Shown here: in pieces, positions 9,101 to 16,659 of the stretch | How positions within the stretch are numbered: the first letter of the stretch is position 1 | How the letters are laid out: each line of letters opens with the position of its first letter | Origin: Thermoproteota archaeon | GTDB lineage: Archaea > Korarchaeota > Korarchaeia > Korarchaeales > Korarchaeaceae | Direction of reading: 5' to 3' | NCBI GenBank assembly: GCA_027491435.1 | Contig: JAOZFG010000020.1 | Location: 1-19,939, forward strand | Length of the DNA stretch: 19,939 nt | Notes under the pieces: model-generated | What the model was told of the DNA's origin: nothing | Seen by the model: only the letters and a program-made list of their open reading frames with translations | Database searches by the model: none | Made by a program: the position numbers and the translations under genes

Positions 9101-9486
9101 GTGAATAACTCGCTGATGTAGACGGACAGCAGCAATAGCGCTACTGTTATCGCTATCCCGAATATGGAGGAGTGAGCCAGCACCTCCACTAGGCTTTTCC
9201 CTTCTCTATACCCTAAGACCATCCCCAGCAGGGGTATCATCACTAGAGAGCCAACCAGAGAGGCTGAAGGAGGGCCAAATAACGCTATGGTAGTAGACAA
9301 TAAGAGCACGACTGCCACTATCTGAAATGCCGGTAATCTAACTCTCCTCTCAAAGTCCTCTAACAGAAGGTAGACCGCCAACACTGGCGTTATAAACAGG
9401 ACGACGTTGAAGGCTCCCGACCTAAGGAGCAGCAGAGGGGCCAGGGCTACCATGATTGTAGTTAACGTCAGCCCCTTACCGGTCAT
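6139..9486 (-). CDS. Large polytopic membrane protein, GT-C-like, with a long extracellular region and C-terminal TM anchor
   Basis: The N-terminal ~570 aa are mostly hydrophobic helices, with loop ND-x3-H ... YY-GYH and later MH and EYR motifs. About 520 aa of soluble sequence with ten N-x-S/T sequons follows, then a final TM. The ORF is certain and the function is inferred. Start is ATG 9486 (GGTG upstream) or GTG 9495. Confidence 0.6.
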   Translation of the reverse strand: MTGKGLTLTTIMVALAPLLLLRSGAFNVVLFITPVLAVYLLLEDFERRVRLPAFQIVAVVLLLSTTIALFGPPSASLVGSLVMIPLLGMVLGYREGKSLVEVLAHSSIFGIAITVALLLLSVYISELFTYLIYLVAVLSAVYLLVRTRSRKVEVTIDSYFLLFLVVSAFYLTELIAVSHTYFRQTMNDIVRHMFYARVLIQDPGRYLYAYYVGYHSLLGALIVLSKEFPLNVALASSAFSFLSAFLIYASLSRFEEKKFAFFTWSLLVSLTWILAPLYGTSYEGLAKLSLVGYYSLTWSHPMFFWGMPQVLVLGLMFTTLTTRDPGFKESLLMPMAALTLISLMHLPEGVMLAGLIAFRPLLKRDGLNKQLSLAAVVAGAMALAVYLLILKRLSPVNLVSLLSITASGALGLILLKLNWSLEKVNLKSIPVKSLAAATYLAGIAVWLLNFGSIDVKSLFNIGYVPWFYYPVLLGVAGILAILSPSWREFSDLFLLALMAFTAGKVASLIKLSGVSLPYWEYRVIPVIALALSLPASAYVKKVSEGRGKLSSVALIGIVLLGYPSLALSFQRWYDVAHSNKYQPLTLEEGDVLFLSGKDIKSRTLAFAYKSAMAVALNTAHVVRGVPPWYSNGPEVANYYMYHFNVSNVFFSEIDRKLARDENLSSYLLMMYNQRGEVPSLERAHPSRVVLNSTLAVIFPSDVHYYRKAVVLYHLIGERLPPHVTYMSYDPSAPADGLYIGPPSNVTFINESLPDTPWDLRWLLITGNFSEGLSVKGGKGLAISTYELDQGSFSVKFCPTIPEGSVGLIYNFKNLKNYYVARYEFRGVLTLLRVAGGVARPLGIYKAPTTENCVNLTLNLENGSSFLLVNGLKYPVKVGEKLGLLGVETYGFRGKISGNVHGVHSLKWNPPPGANLLNLEDERLSYILDRAVRDVSSTEVSNLSIPGLSSQPLPSKPPNYVALKMMVEGDVKLTGYLVKYISLKGEEKLVGRHVTLTPERIYFLGGKGFYVYLGVEGKEGNGTYVFRVPVNIKFSGSGFIYGHPFRRVFVERLSKINILGGRITILMADKSSLLRINVRRAVGTTKLPIDEVPYALEGLAIAFLIFLTIRRLLPEG

Positions 9487-9519
9487 CGGCCACACCTTTC
9501 CTTACACTCCACCACCTCC

Positions 9520-9540
9520 ACGGAACTTTATTAGATTAAC
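9520..9540. promoter_or_regulatory. Putative TATA element in the divergent intergenic region
   Basis: TTTATTA at 9527-9533 lies 24 nt upstream of ATG 9558, with no RBS, consistent with a leaderless transcript. Confidence 0.45.
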
Positions 9541-9557
9541 ACTCCACGCTAAACATA

Positions 9558-10433
9558 ATGAATCCAGAGGATGAGGAAAGCAACATAGAAGAGCTTCTTC
9601 AAGAGAAAGAGAGCCTGGAGGAGCAAGTAAGAGCCTTAAGAGACGATGTAAAGAAGCTCAGCTCTGATCTAAAGCTGTTAAACGATAAGATAGAGGCGGC
9701 CCGCAAGGAGCTAGTCTACTTGAGGGAGGAAGAGGCTAGGCTCAAGTCTGAGATAAGCAGTAAGGAGAGCAGGTTGGAGGTCCTGAAGGCTGAGATAGGG
9801 GAGCTAGAGAAGGACTTGATGGCGATGAAGGAGGGGAGGGAGAGGATAAGGGCAGAACTGAACACTTTAATGACTAAGAGGGAGAACTTATTCGCGGAGA
9901 TAAAGGAAGTGGAGTCTAAGATAAACTTCCTGACCCGTAAGAAGAAGGAACTAGAGGAGGAGATAGACAGGATTACTAACGAGCTTGCCTCAGCTAAGAG
10001 GGTTAGGGACGTCTTAGTCAATGAGGTGGAGGAGCTAAGGGGTCTCAGGGCCTCTCTAGTGAATGAAATAAAGATAATTTCGGAGAAGGTGTTTGAGCTC
10101 ATAGAAGAGCTTAAGAACACCCTCTTTCCTCTAGTTAAGGATGTGAGGGAGTCCATCTTAAAAGAAGAGAGGATAACCGCTGAGCTTAAGGATATAAATG
10201 ATGTGATGAAGAAGACGCTGAGCCTCCTACAGGATCTAGTAAGCAGGGACGACATAATAAGGAGGTTAGACCTGGAGATAAGCGATAGGAAGGCGAGGAT
10301 AGACGTGCTCAGGTTAGAAGAGGAGAGGTTAAAAGCTAGAGTTGAGGAGCTGAAGAGGAAGAGTGGTGGACATGTTGCAAGTTCTAGTGAGAGTAACGAG
10401 GGTGACGGCGGAACGCCTGTGGGAAGTCGATGA
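9558..10433 (+). CDS. Long coiled-coil protein of unknown function
   Basis: Continuous L/I/V heptads, rich in E/K/R, over ~260 aa with one internal Pro (TLFPLV). No Walker A, hinge, zinc-hook or TM segment is visible. Confidence 0.8.
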   Translation: MNPEDEESNIEELLQEKESLEEQVRALRDDVKKLSSDLKLLNDKIEAARKELVYLREEEARLKSEISSKESRLEVLKAEIGELEKDLMAMKEGRERIRAELNTLMTKRENLFAEIKEVESKINFLTRKKKELEEEIDRITNELASAKRVRDVLVNEVEELRGLRASLVNEIKIISEKVFELIEELKNTLFPLVKDVRESILKEERITAELKDINDVMKKTLSLLQDLVSRDDIIRRLDLEISDRKARIDVLRLEEERLKARVEELKRKSGGHVASSSESNEGDGGTPVGSR

Positions 10434-10782
10434 GCCCCTTCCCCAGGGTTACGGGGTTTCCCTCAACTTAAGCATAAAGACTATGAAGAGGGTGGACGAT
10501 AGGGCCGAGGGAAAGTTCATACTTGACGTCTCCTACCAGCCTCCAGTTGGTAGAATAGCCATAGAGGGGCTTATAATGTTGAAAGGTGATCCCAAAGAGC
10601 TAGATAAAGTAATAAGGGAGGGAAATTCAGGTAAACATCCCCAGGAGGTTGTGAACGCCGCATTAACCGTTGGGATAAGCGAAGCCGTGATAGCCAGTCG
10701 GTCGGTGGGTATTCCACCCCCCATACCGCTCCCTCAGCCGCCCGACAAGTCTAACAGGTCTGGTGTGGAGTACACGGTGTAG
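10372..10782 (+). CDS. Conserved archaeal hypothetical protein, possibly SecB-like fold
   Basis: V-x-V-x-x-V-x-AER, F-x-L-x-V-x-Y-x-P-x-V-G-x-I-x-I-E-G beta pattern, and C-terminal SR-VGIPPPIPLP, which I recognise from an uncharacterised archaeal family. Start is ATG 10372 or GTG 10363. Confidence 0.65.
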   Translation: MLQVLVRVTRVTAERLWEVDEPLPQGYGVSLNLSIKTMKRVDDRAEGKFILDVSYQPPVGRIAIEGLIMLKGDPKELDKVIREGNSGKHPQEVVNAALTVGISEAVIASRSVGIPPPIPLPQPPDKSNRSGVEYTV

Positions 10783-10785
10783 TTC

Positions 10786-11454
10786 ATGTGGTTTGACCTT
10801 CACGTACACACCAAGTGGTCTAAGGATTCCCTGAATGAGCCTGTGAAGTTGCTGAAAAAGGCTAAGAGAGCAGGGCTGGACGGATTTGCTGTGACAGATC
10901 ACAATGAAATAGAGGGAGCCCTGTTCACCTATAAGGAAGCTAAGAGGTACGATGTGAAGGTTCTAGTCGGAGAGGAGGTTATGACAGACAGTGGGGAGGT
11001 CATAGCGCTGAACATCACGGAGCTAGTGCCCCCTCACAGGCCAGTTGAGGAGACTATAGATTTAATAAAGGAGCAAGGGGGTTTGGTGCTGGCGCCTCAT
11101 CCATTTGACACGAGGAGGAAGGGGCTAGGGCCTATCTTGCTTAAAGTAGCTGATAAGGTGGACTTGATAGAGGTGGTCAACGGGAGATCCTTCCATTCTG
11201 ACAACGAGAAAGCGCTTAGATTCGCAGAGAAGTTGAAAAAACCTATGGTGGGAGGAAGCGACGCCCACACTTTAATAGAACTAGGAAAAGTAGCTACCTT
11301 CATAGAGGGTGGCGACCTAAGGAGGCCTATAAAGATCAGGAGGAGGTGGTGGCCGCCCCTGGCCTTGGGAATCTTAGGCTCTAACTACGCTAGGGTGAGA
11401 AAAAGGTTAGTGAAGGGTCACGTACTTCTCCAGGACTGGGATCACGTAGTCTAG
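10786..11454 (+). CDS. PHP-domain metal-dependent phosphoesterase
   Basis: DLHVHT-S-DS, VTDHN, GEEV, PHPFD, EVVN and GGSDAH. Confidence 0.92.
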   Translation: MWFDLHVHTKWSKDSLNEPVKLLKKAKRAGLDGFAVTDHNEIEGALFTYKEAKRYDVKVLVGEEVMTDSGEVIALNITELVPPHRPVEETIDLIKEQGGLVLAPHPFDTRRKGLGPILLKVADKVDLIEVVNGRSFHSDNEKALRFAEKLKKPMVGGSDAHTLIELGKVATFIEGGDLRRPIKIRRRWWPPLALGILGSNYARVRKRLVKGHVLLQDWDHVV

Positions 11455-13269
11455 CTTCAGGTCCTTCAAGGTCTGTCTGGTTGGAACCCCTTCCCTGTCC
11501 CATCCCCTTATCTCGTAATACCAGTCTAAGAGCTTCTCATAACCTTCATAGCTCAGCTTGGTCCCGGCCAGCGGGCCCTTGGTGAGAGGCTCTTCAAACC
11601 ACCTTATCGGCGGATAGTCCATCTTCCTAGACCAGCCACCTTTCTCCCTTATCCAGAAAGCCCTTATCAGGGCGTAAGTCCTGTTGGCTATGTTGTGCAG
11701 GTCGTTCCACGTGAACTCTAAGCCGGTGGCCGCCTTAAGGAACTTAGTGTACCACTCTAGGTCAAATCCTAGCTCTATCCAAGGCAACCTGCAGGCCACA
11801 GCGTTCTCGAAGAACCCACCTCTAACGTTCTGCATCCACACGAGCTTCTCAGGCTTCTCCTTAGTTATCGAGTCCCTGCCCATCTTGACCTCGAGGGATA
11901 TGAACCAGGCGTCCTTATGGTGAGCCCCTATGGGGCTGGTTCCATAAGCTAAAGCCATTCCAGGAGCAGCGTGACAGTCGTATGCAGACACTGGAAGGTT
12001 TTTGGCGTGAATGGCGAACATCTCAGTCTCCTTACCTAACTCGGTGACAACAGCCTCGTGTCCCATGGCTAAGACCTTGCCGAAGTCCTCCCTCTTCACT
12101 ATTTTCTCTGCCATCTCCATCATGGCCTGACCGTTGCCCCACTCCAGCTTTATCCCTCCAGTCTTGTCAGTTGAGAGGAATCCCTTCTCCATGGCCTCAG
12201 TGGCGAAGGCCAGGATGGACCCGAGGCCTATGGTGTCTATGCCCACCTCATCAGCGTACAGGTTGAGGGCCATCACCCAGTTCATATCGTCTATCCCTAG
12301 GTTGGAGCCGAGCATGCCCACGTTCTCATAATCTATCTCGACTATTCTCCCCTTGTAAGGCCCTTCCTTTATCTCGTTCAGGTTACCACACGGCATGTTG
12401 CAGTTGGGGCAGCCCTTCTGCCCGACCTTGTAGATCTTCTCCATGGCGTTTCCTCCTATCTTATCGAACCCGTCGAAGACCCCCTCCCTGAAGTTATACG
12501 CCGGGAGGACGCTTGCCTCCTGGGCCCACTCGACGGTCATCATGGTTCCTTGCCTTAGCCAAAAGTCGTAGCCGTCCTTGGCCCTTATGTCCTTGAAGCC
12601 CTCAGCCCCCAGCTTGAGCAGCTCCTCCCTGTCGTTAACCGGTATGTCCTTGCTGCCGTTTATAACCACGGCCTTCAGGTTCTTAGAACCCATGACAGCT
12701 CCTATGCCCGGCCTCCCTCCTGCCCTCCCCTTCTCGGAGTTTATGACCGCTAGGTTGACCAAGTTCTCTCCGGCCTGTCCTATCGTTAAGACCCCAGAGT
12801 TCTTCCCGTACTCCGACTCCAGTATATCCTGAACTTCAAAGGTGTCCCTCCCCCACAAGTCCTTAGCGTCCTTTATTTGGACGTCATCATCGTTTATCAC
12901 GAGCATTACAGGGCTGTCAGCCCTACCAGAGAAAACAATAGCATCATAACCTGCCTTCTTGAGTTGAACGGAAGCCCTAGTTCCTATGTTGCCGTCTCCA
13001 TACCCGCCGGTTAGGGGAGACTTGGCCGCCACAACCATCTTACCGCTACTAGGTAAGGGGAGCCCGGTTAGAGGGCCTGTAGCAAATATGAGCAGGTTGT
13101 CCGGCGACAGGGGATCAGTGCCGGGCTTTAACTCGTCCCACAGTATTTTGACAGCAAAGCCCCTCCCACCCAAGAAGTCAACGGCCATTTTAGGGCTTAA
13201 CTCCTCGACGAAGGTCTTTCTCCGGGTTAAGTCGACCCGGAGGATCCTGCCGGTCCATCCTCCCATCAT
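11407..13269 (-). CDS. for: Tungsten-containing formaldehyde:ferredoxin oxidoreductase (AOR family, FOR clade)
   Basis: KSPLTGGYGDGNIG, GRAGGRPG-GAVMGSK, 4Fe-4S ligands GCPNCNMPC plus ACRLPW, DYENV, GAHHKDAW and MDYPP-RWF, closely following Pyrococcus FOR. GGGGTG RBS upstream. Confidence 0.9.
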   Translation of the reverse strand: MMGGWTGRILRVDLTRRKTFVEELSPKMAVDFLGGRGFAVKILWDELKPGTDPLSPDNLLIFATGPLTGLPLPSSGKMVVAAKSPLTGGYGDGNIGTRASVQLKKAGYDAIVFSGRADSPVMLVINDDDVQIKDAKDLWGRDTFEVQDILESEYGKNSGVLTIGQAGENLVNLAVINSEKGRAGGRPGIGAVMGSKNLKAVVINGSKDIPVNDREELLKLGAEGFKDIRAKDGYDFWLRQGTMMTVEWAQEASVLPAYNFREGVFDGFDKIGGNAMEKIYKVGQKGCPNCNMPCGNLNEIKEGPYKGRIVEIDYENVGMLGSNLGIDDMNWVMALNLYADEVGIDTIGLGSILAFATEAMEKGFLSTDKTGGIKLEWGNGQAMMEMAEKIVKREDFGKVLAMGHEAVVTELGKETEMFAIHAKNLPVSAYDCHAAPGMALAYGTSPIGAHHKDAWFISLEVKMGRDSITKEKPEKLVWMQNVRGGFFENAVACRLPWIELGFDLEWYTKFLKAATGLEFTWNDLHNIANRTYALIRAFWIREKGGWSRKMDYPPIRWFEEPLTKGPLAGTKLSYEGYEKLLDWYYEIRGWDREGVPTRQTLKDLKLDYVIPVLEKYVTLH

Positions 13270-13297
13270 CCTTTTTGCACCCCTTCACGCGTTCTAG

Positions 13298-13312
13298 TGA
13301 AAATTAAAAATG
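13298..13312. promoter_or_regulatory. Putative shared TATA region between divergent for and the radical SAM operon
   Basis: AAATTAAAAA at 13301-13310 (TTTTTAATTT on the minus strand) lies ~31 nt from the for start and ~22 nt from ATG 13333. Confidence 0.45.
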
Positions 13313-13332
13313 TAGACCGATTGTGTAAGGAG

Positions 13333-14232
13333 ATGAAAGGGGTTAGGGCATCGATAGGCACGTTGATCAAGGCTGGATTGGCCTCGGGAAGGCTTGATGA
13401 AGAGCCTACAACAGCATACCTGCTTCTTGACGGTAAGTGCTCCGGTAACTGTACTTTTTGCCCGTTGAAGTCAGGTTCCGAGTTCCTTTCTAGGGTCAGG
13501 TGGCCGAAGGTCGGCTTGAACTCCCTCTTGCTGATAAAGGGCTTTGAGAGGTACTGCATCCAAGGCATACTCAAGGGACGCTTTTGGGAGGAAGTTATAG
13601 AGGTAGCTAAGTCATTAGATGGTCCGGTCTCCGTGTCCATAAACCCGGTCTCCCGCGATAAATTGGAGAAGGTTTACGAGGTCTCTGACAAGCTAGGTGT
13701 TGGCTTAGACGCCATGTCCCCCAGAATTTTCAGGCAAGTGAGGAAGCCAGGGTCTTGGAAATCTTACCTGAAGTTCGTGGAGTGGGGAGTGGCAGTGTAC
13801 GGTAAGGGAAACGTGCTAGTGCACCTGATAGCAGGCCTTGGTGAGACGCTCAAGGAAGCCCTCTTCACCATGAGGCTGGCCTACAGGATGGGGGCTGGCG
13901 TCGCCCTCTTCGCTTATACCCCCATAAACCCTAGGAGGGGTAAGGGGCCGGATAAGGGGTATTATCGCTACCTTCAAGCTTACAGGTACTTCCTTCACAT
14001 GGGATGGAACCCGCTAAGAATACCTAAGGAGGATCCTGACTCCTACAAGGAAGCATTCCTCACGAGCGGATGTCCCGGCTGTAACAGGCCCTTTTACAAT
14101 GAGAGGCCCGTTGATTCAACTCTGTACAACTACCCATCTATGGATCGGCTGAATAAAGATTGGGAGAAGGTGAGGGAGGAGCTAATTGGCTTCATTAACT
14201 CTAGGGTTCTCCCCAAGGAGGAAGTTCGTTGA
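13333..14232 (+). CDS. lipS2: Radical SAM protein, archaeal-type lipoyl synthase component with TxGCPxCNRP motif
   Basis: VRASIGT, PTTAYL, CSGNCTFC, LSRV-WP, VHLIAGLGE, LFAYTP and TSGCPGCNRPFYNE. The S1/S2 numbering is from my recollection of the Thermococcus kodakarensis definitions. ATG 13333 is preferred over GTG 13297. Confidence 0.8.
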   Translation: MKGVRASIGTLIKAGLASGRLDEEPTTAYLLLDGKCSGNCTFCPLKSGSEFLSRVRWPKVGLNSLLLIKGFERYCIQGILKGRFWEEVIEVAKSLDGPVSVSINPVSRDKLEKVYEVSDKLGVGLDAMSPRIFRQVRKPGSWKSYLKFVEWGVAVYGKGNVLVHLIAGLGETLKEALFTMRLAYRMGAGVALFAYTPINPRRGKGPDKGYYRYLQAYRYFLHMGWNPLRIPKEDPDSYKEAFLTSGCPGCNRPFYNERPVDSTLYNYPSMDRLNKDWEKVREELIGFINSRVLPKEEVR

Positions 14233-15052
14233 GGTCTCAATAACTGGAGCTGTTTGTCCCTTGAACTGTCCCATGTGCAGGGGAAGGTGGCTTAAAGGGA
14301 TGAAGCCAACCCCTACTCCCGACTCCTTGGTGGAATTCGCAAGGGAGGCCAGGAGAAGGGGGAGTAAGGGCATCCTGATAAGCGGGGGTTTGAGCCCTAG
14401 CGGCAAGCTCCCCTTTAGGAGGTTCCTTTGGGCCATCAGGAGGGTCAAGGAAATGGGGTATTTCATCAGCGTTCACACGGGACTGGTCGACGCCGACGAC
14501 GCCACCGACTTGAGGGATGCAGGCGTTGATATGGCCGACTTTGAGCTTTACCTGAACGATGATGTCATAAGGAGGATCAAGGGACTTAGAGTGGGCAAGG
14601 ACAAGTACCTGGAGAGCTTAGATAGCCTGAAGGAAGCAGGAATTCAAGTGGCTCCACACATAACCTTGGGGATTCCAGGGGACGACCCTGAGTGGATGGA
14701 TGAACTGAGATCTTTCGTTAGAGAGAAGGGGTTTGAGAGGTTAGTCGTCCTCGTTTTCATACCCACGCCGGGAACCCCCTTCTGGGGCCATCCCCTGCCC
14801 CCGATAAGCGAACTTGTCGATCAAGTTAAGGAGGTGTCCACATTCTCCAAGGTAAGCTTAGGCTGTATGAGGCCCCCAAGAATTAAGAAACAGCTGGACA
14901 GGCGGGTTATAAGCTACGTGGACAGGATAGCCAACCCCCATAGCTCCCTCGACCTAAAGCTAGTGGACGCATGCTGTTCGATCCCAGACAACATCCTTAA
15001 AGATTTCCTTGATCCTAAGTCTGGGGATGCTTATAGGGAACTGCCTGAATAG
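14186..15052 (+). CDS. lipS1: Radical SAM protein, archaeal-type lipoyl synthase component with GCMR and CC motifs
   Basis: SITG-x2-CPLNCPMC, G-LISGG, VHTGL, PHITLG, FIPTPGT, LGCMRP and terminal ACCS. GGAGG RBS precedes TTG 14186. Confidence 0.8.
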   Translation: MASLTLGFSPRRKFVEVSITGAVCPLNCPMCRGRWLKGMKPTPTPDSLVEFAREARRRGSKGILISGGLSPSGKLPFRRFLWAIRRVKEMGYFISVHTGLVDADDATDLRDAGVDMADFELYLNDDVIRRIKGLRVGKDKYLESLDSLKEAGIQVAPHITLGIPGDDPEWMDELRSFVREKGFERLVVLVFIPTPGTPFWGHPLPPISELVDQVKEVSTFSKVSLGCMRPPRIKKQLDRRVISYVDRIANPHSSLDLKLVDACCSIPDNILKDFLDPKSGDAYRELPE

Positions 15053-15467
15053 GTTCGAGCTAATAAGCCCAGGAGGTAGAGTTAAAACAGTTAAGGAGGC
15101 CTCACAGCTAACTAGGGAACCAATAAACAGGATAGTTAAGACGGTGGTGCTCTACTCAGAGAGCCTGGGAGGAGTGGCAGCGATAGTCACAGGCGACAGG
15201 ACCGTGGACTTGGAGAAGCTATCCTCTTTACTGGGGGTGAGGCTGAGGCAGGCGAAGCCAGATGAAGTGAAGGAGCTGACTGGCTACCCAGTAGGCGGAG
15301 TCCCTCCCGTCTGCCACGGCCTCCTCACAGTTGTAGACTACGGGGTCTTAGATCACGAGTACGTGATAGGAGGTGGGGGCGACGAGTTCACCTTGATAAA
15401 GATATCCCCACAGGACATACTCGCCTTTAATAAAGCCCTGGTGGCGAACATATCAAAAGGTGTTTAG
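15009..15467 (+). CDS. YbaK/EbsC/ProX-family aminoacyl-tRNA deacylase
   Basis: IVKTVVL, V-GD-VD, LTGY-VGGVPP and GGG. Start is uncertain (TTG 15009 or ATG 15027). Confidence 0.88.
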   Translation: MILSLGMLIGNCLNRFELISPGGRVKTVKEASQLTREPINRIVKTVVLYSESLGGVAAIVTGDRTVDLEKLSSLLGVRLRQAKPDEVKELTGYPVGGVPPVCHGLLTVVDYGVLDHEYVIGGGGDEFTLIKISPQDILAFNKALVANISKGV

Positions 15468-16659
15468 AATGGAAGGATCTGATGGGCCTTACGGGGTAAA
15501 GTTCTTGCTTTATTCCTCAGTGACCTCCCTAATTGCAACTATCCTCCCCTACTTGATGGTAATATCGGCGTTACAGGGCGGTTCGGGTAGCCCAATGGTC
15601 CTAATAACCTTGCTTGCAACACTGGGAGCAGTGGCCCTGGTGGAAGTGGTTCTAGGGGCAGCGGCAATCTTCTTCCTTTATAAGGGATGGTCTGAGACCT
15701 GTATAGACTTCAGGCACGATCTGTTCTGTAAGGTGGCCAAGGTGATCAAGTACGGGATCCTCCTATCTGTGCTATCCGTGGTGGGATTTGCGGCCCTTAA
15801 CTTCTCTGCGTTGACTAGTGGTAAGCCAGATCAGGTCCTTACAATCTTAGTGGCTTCATCGCCTCTACTTATAATAGCGGGGCTCAGCGCCCTAGCCGTC
15901 TGGCTCTTTGTGGCCTACGGCTATTACACCTTGGGCAGCATAACCTACGTGAACTACGTGAAGTTCGGGGGAATCCTCACGGTCTTGGGGCCTGTGGTGG
16001 ACAGCCTAGCTACAGTAAGATTCGTTCCAGTTCCTGTCCTCTCATTAGTGGCCTACATACTCCTGATAATGGGGTTAAGACAGATCATGCAGGGGGCTCC
16101 TGAGGGGGCTCCAGGGGGTTATGAGGAGTATGAGGAGGAGTATGAGAGGCCTAGAAGGGTCAGGAGGAGGCCGGAGTACGAGGAGCTAAGGTACGATGAT
16201 GAGTACAGGTACGAGAGGGAGTTAGAGGGGTACTACGAGGAGGAAACCGTGTATGAGCCAAGGAGGATTAGGAGGGTCAGGGAGGAATGGGAAGTTCCCA
16301 GGCCAAGAGAGGCTAGGAGGGAATACGCGCCCAGGGAAAGCGAGGGGGCCCACTTAATAGGCCCAAGAGGCACGAAGTTCCCTCTCTCCAGAGTTACTGT
16401 GTTCGGCAGGAAAGACTTCGCTGGCCTTATACCTGATGAGGAGTTGCAGTACATCTCCAGGAGGCACTTCGAGATAAGGCAGACCCCCAAAGGTTACGTA
16501 ATAAAGGACCTGAACAGCACCAACGGCACCTGGGTGGATGGGAAGCTCCTCGATCCCGGAGAAGAATACCCGCTCAGGGAAGGAAGCGTCATCGACGTGG
16601 CCGAGGTAATCAAGCTTAAGTTCGTAAGCGGAAGGGAGCTAGGTGTTCCCTCCATATGA
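15460..16659 (+). CDS. Membrane protein (about 6 TM, DUF973/DUF996-like) with Tyr/Glu/Arg-rich linker and C-terminal FHA domain
   Basis: Hydrophobic N-terminal ~205 aa, then a low-complexity linker, then FHA signature FGRKD, ISRRH, KDLNSTNGTWVDG and L-EG-VI. Confidence 0.85.
   Translation: MFRMEGSDGPYGVKFLLYSSVTSLIATILPYLMVISALQGGSGSPMVLITLLATLGAVALVEVVLGAAAIFFLYKGWSETCIDFRHDLFCKVAKVIKYGILLSVLSVVGFAALNFSALTSGKPDQVLTILVASSPLLIIAGLSALAVWLFVAYGYYTLGSITYVNYVKFGGILTVLGPVVDSLATVRFVPVPVLSLVAYILLIMGLRQIMQGAPEGAPGGYEEYEEEYERPRRVRRRPEYEELRYDDEYRYERELEGYYEEETVYEPRRIRRVREEWEVPRPREARREYAPRESEGAHLIGPRGTKFPLSRVTVFGRKDFAGLIPDEELQYISRRHFEIRQTPKGYVIKDLNSTNGTWVDGKLLDPGEEYPLREGSVIDVAEVIKLKFVSGRELGVPSI
16091..16112 (+). 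repeat. Short direct repeat AGGGGGCTCC x2 (GAP-E-GAP) at the start of the low-complexity linker
   Basis: Copies at 16091-16100 and 16103-16112, followed by TATGAGGAG-type iterations at 16120-16146. Confidence 0.6.

Noticed and set aside
8050-9350. Apparently more AT-rich stretch in the large membrane gene, suggesting horizontal transfer
   Set aside because: Not quantified. It can be explained by Phe/Ile/Leu/Tyr-rich TM composition, and there are no mobility genes or flanking repeats.
6139-9495. Oligosaccharyltransferase AglB call
   Set aside because: No WWDYG or other STT3 signature is visible.
9716-10255. 179-aa Ser/Leu-rich minus-strand ORF
   Set aside because: Antisense shadow of the Glu/Lys-rich coiled-coil gene.
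9558-10782. Arcade (crenactin) cluster or SMC/Rad50 assignment for the coiled-coil and its neighbour
   Set aside because: There is no actin-like gene, Walker motif, hinge or zinc hook, and the neighbour does not resemble arcadin-1 as I know it.
13297-15052. Biotin synthase BioB or classical LipA call
   Set aside because: Lacks the BioB YNHN motif and the LipA CX4CX5C motif. The motifs fit LipS-type enzymes.
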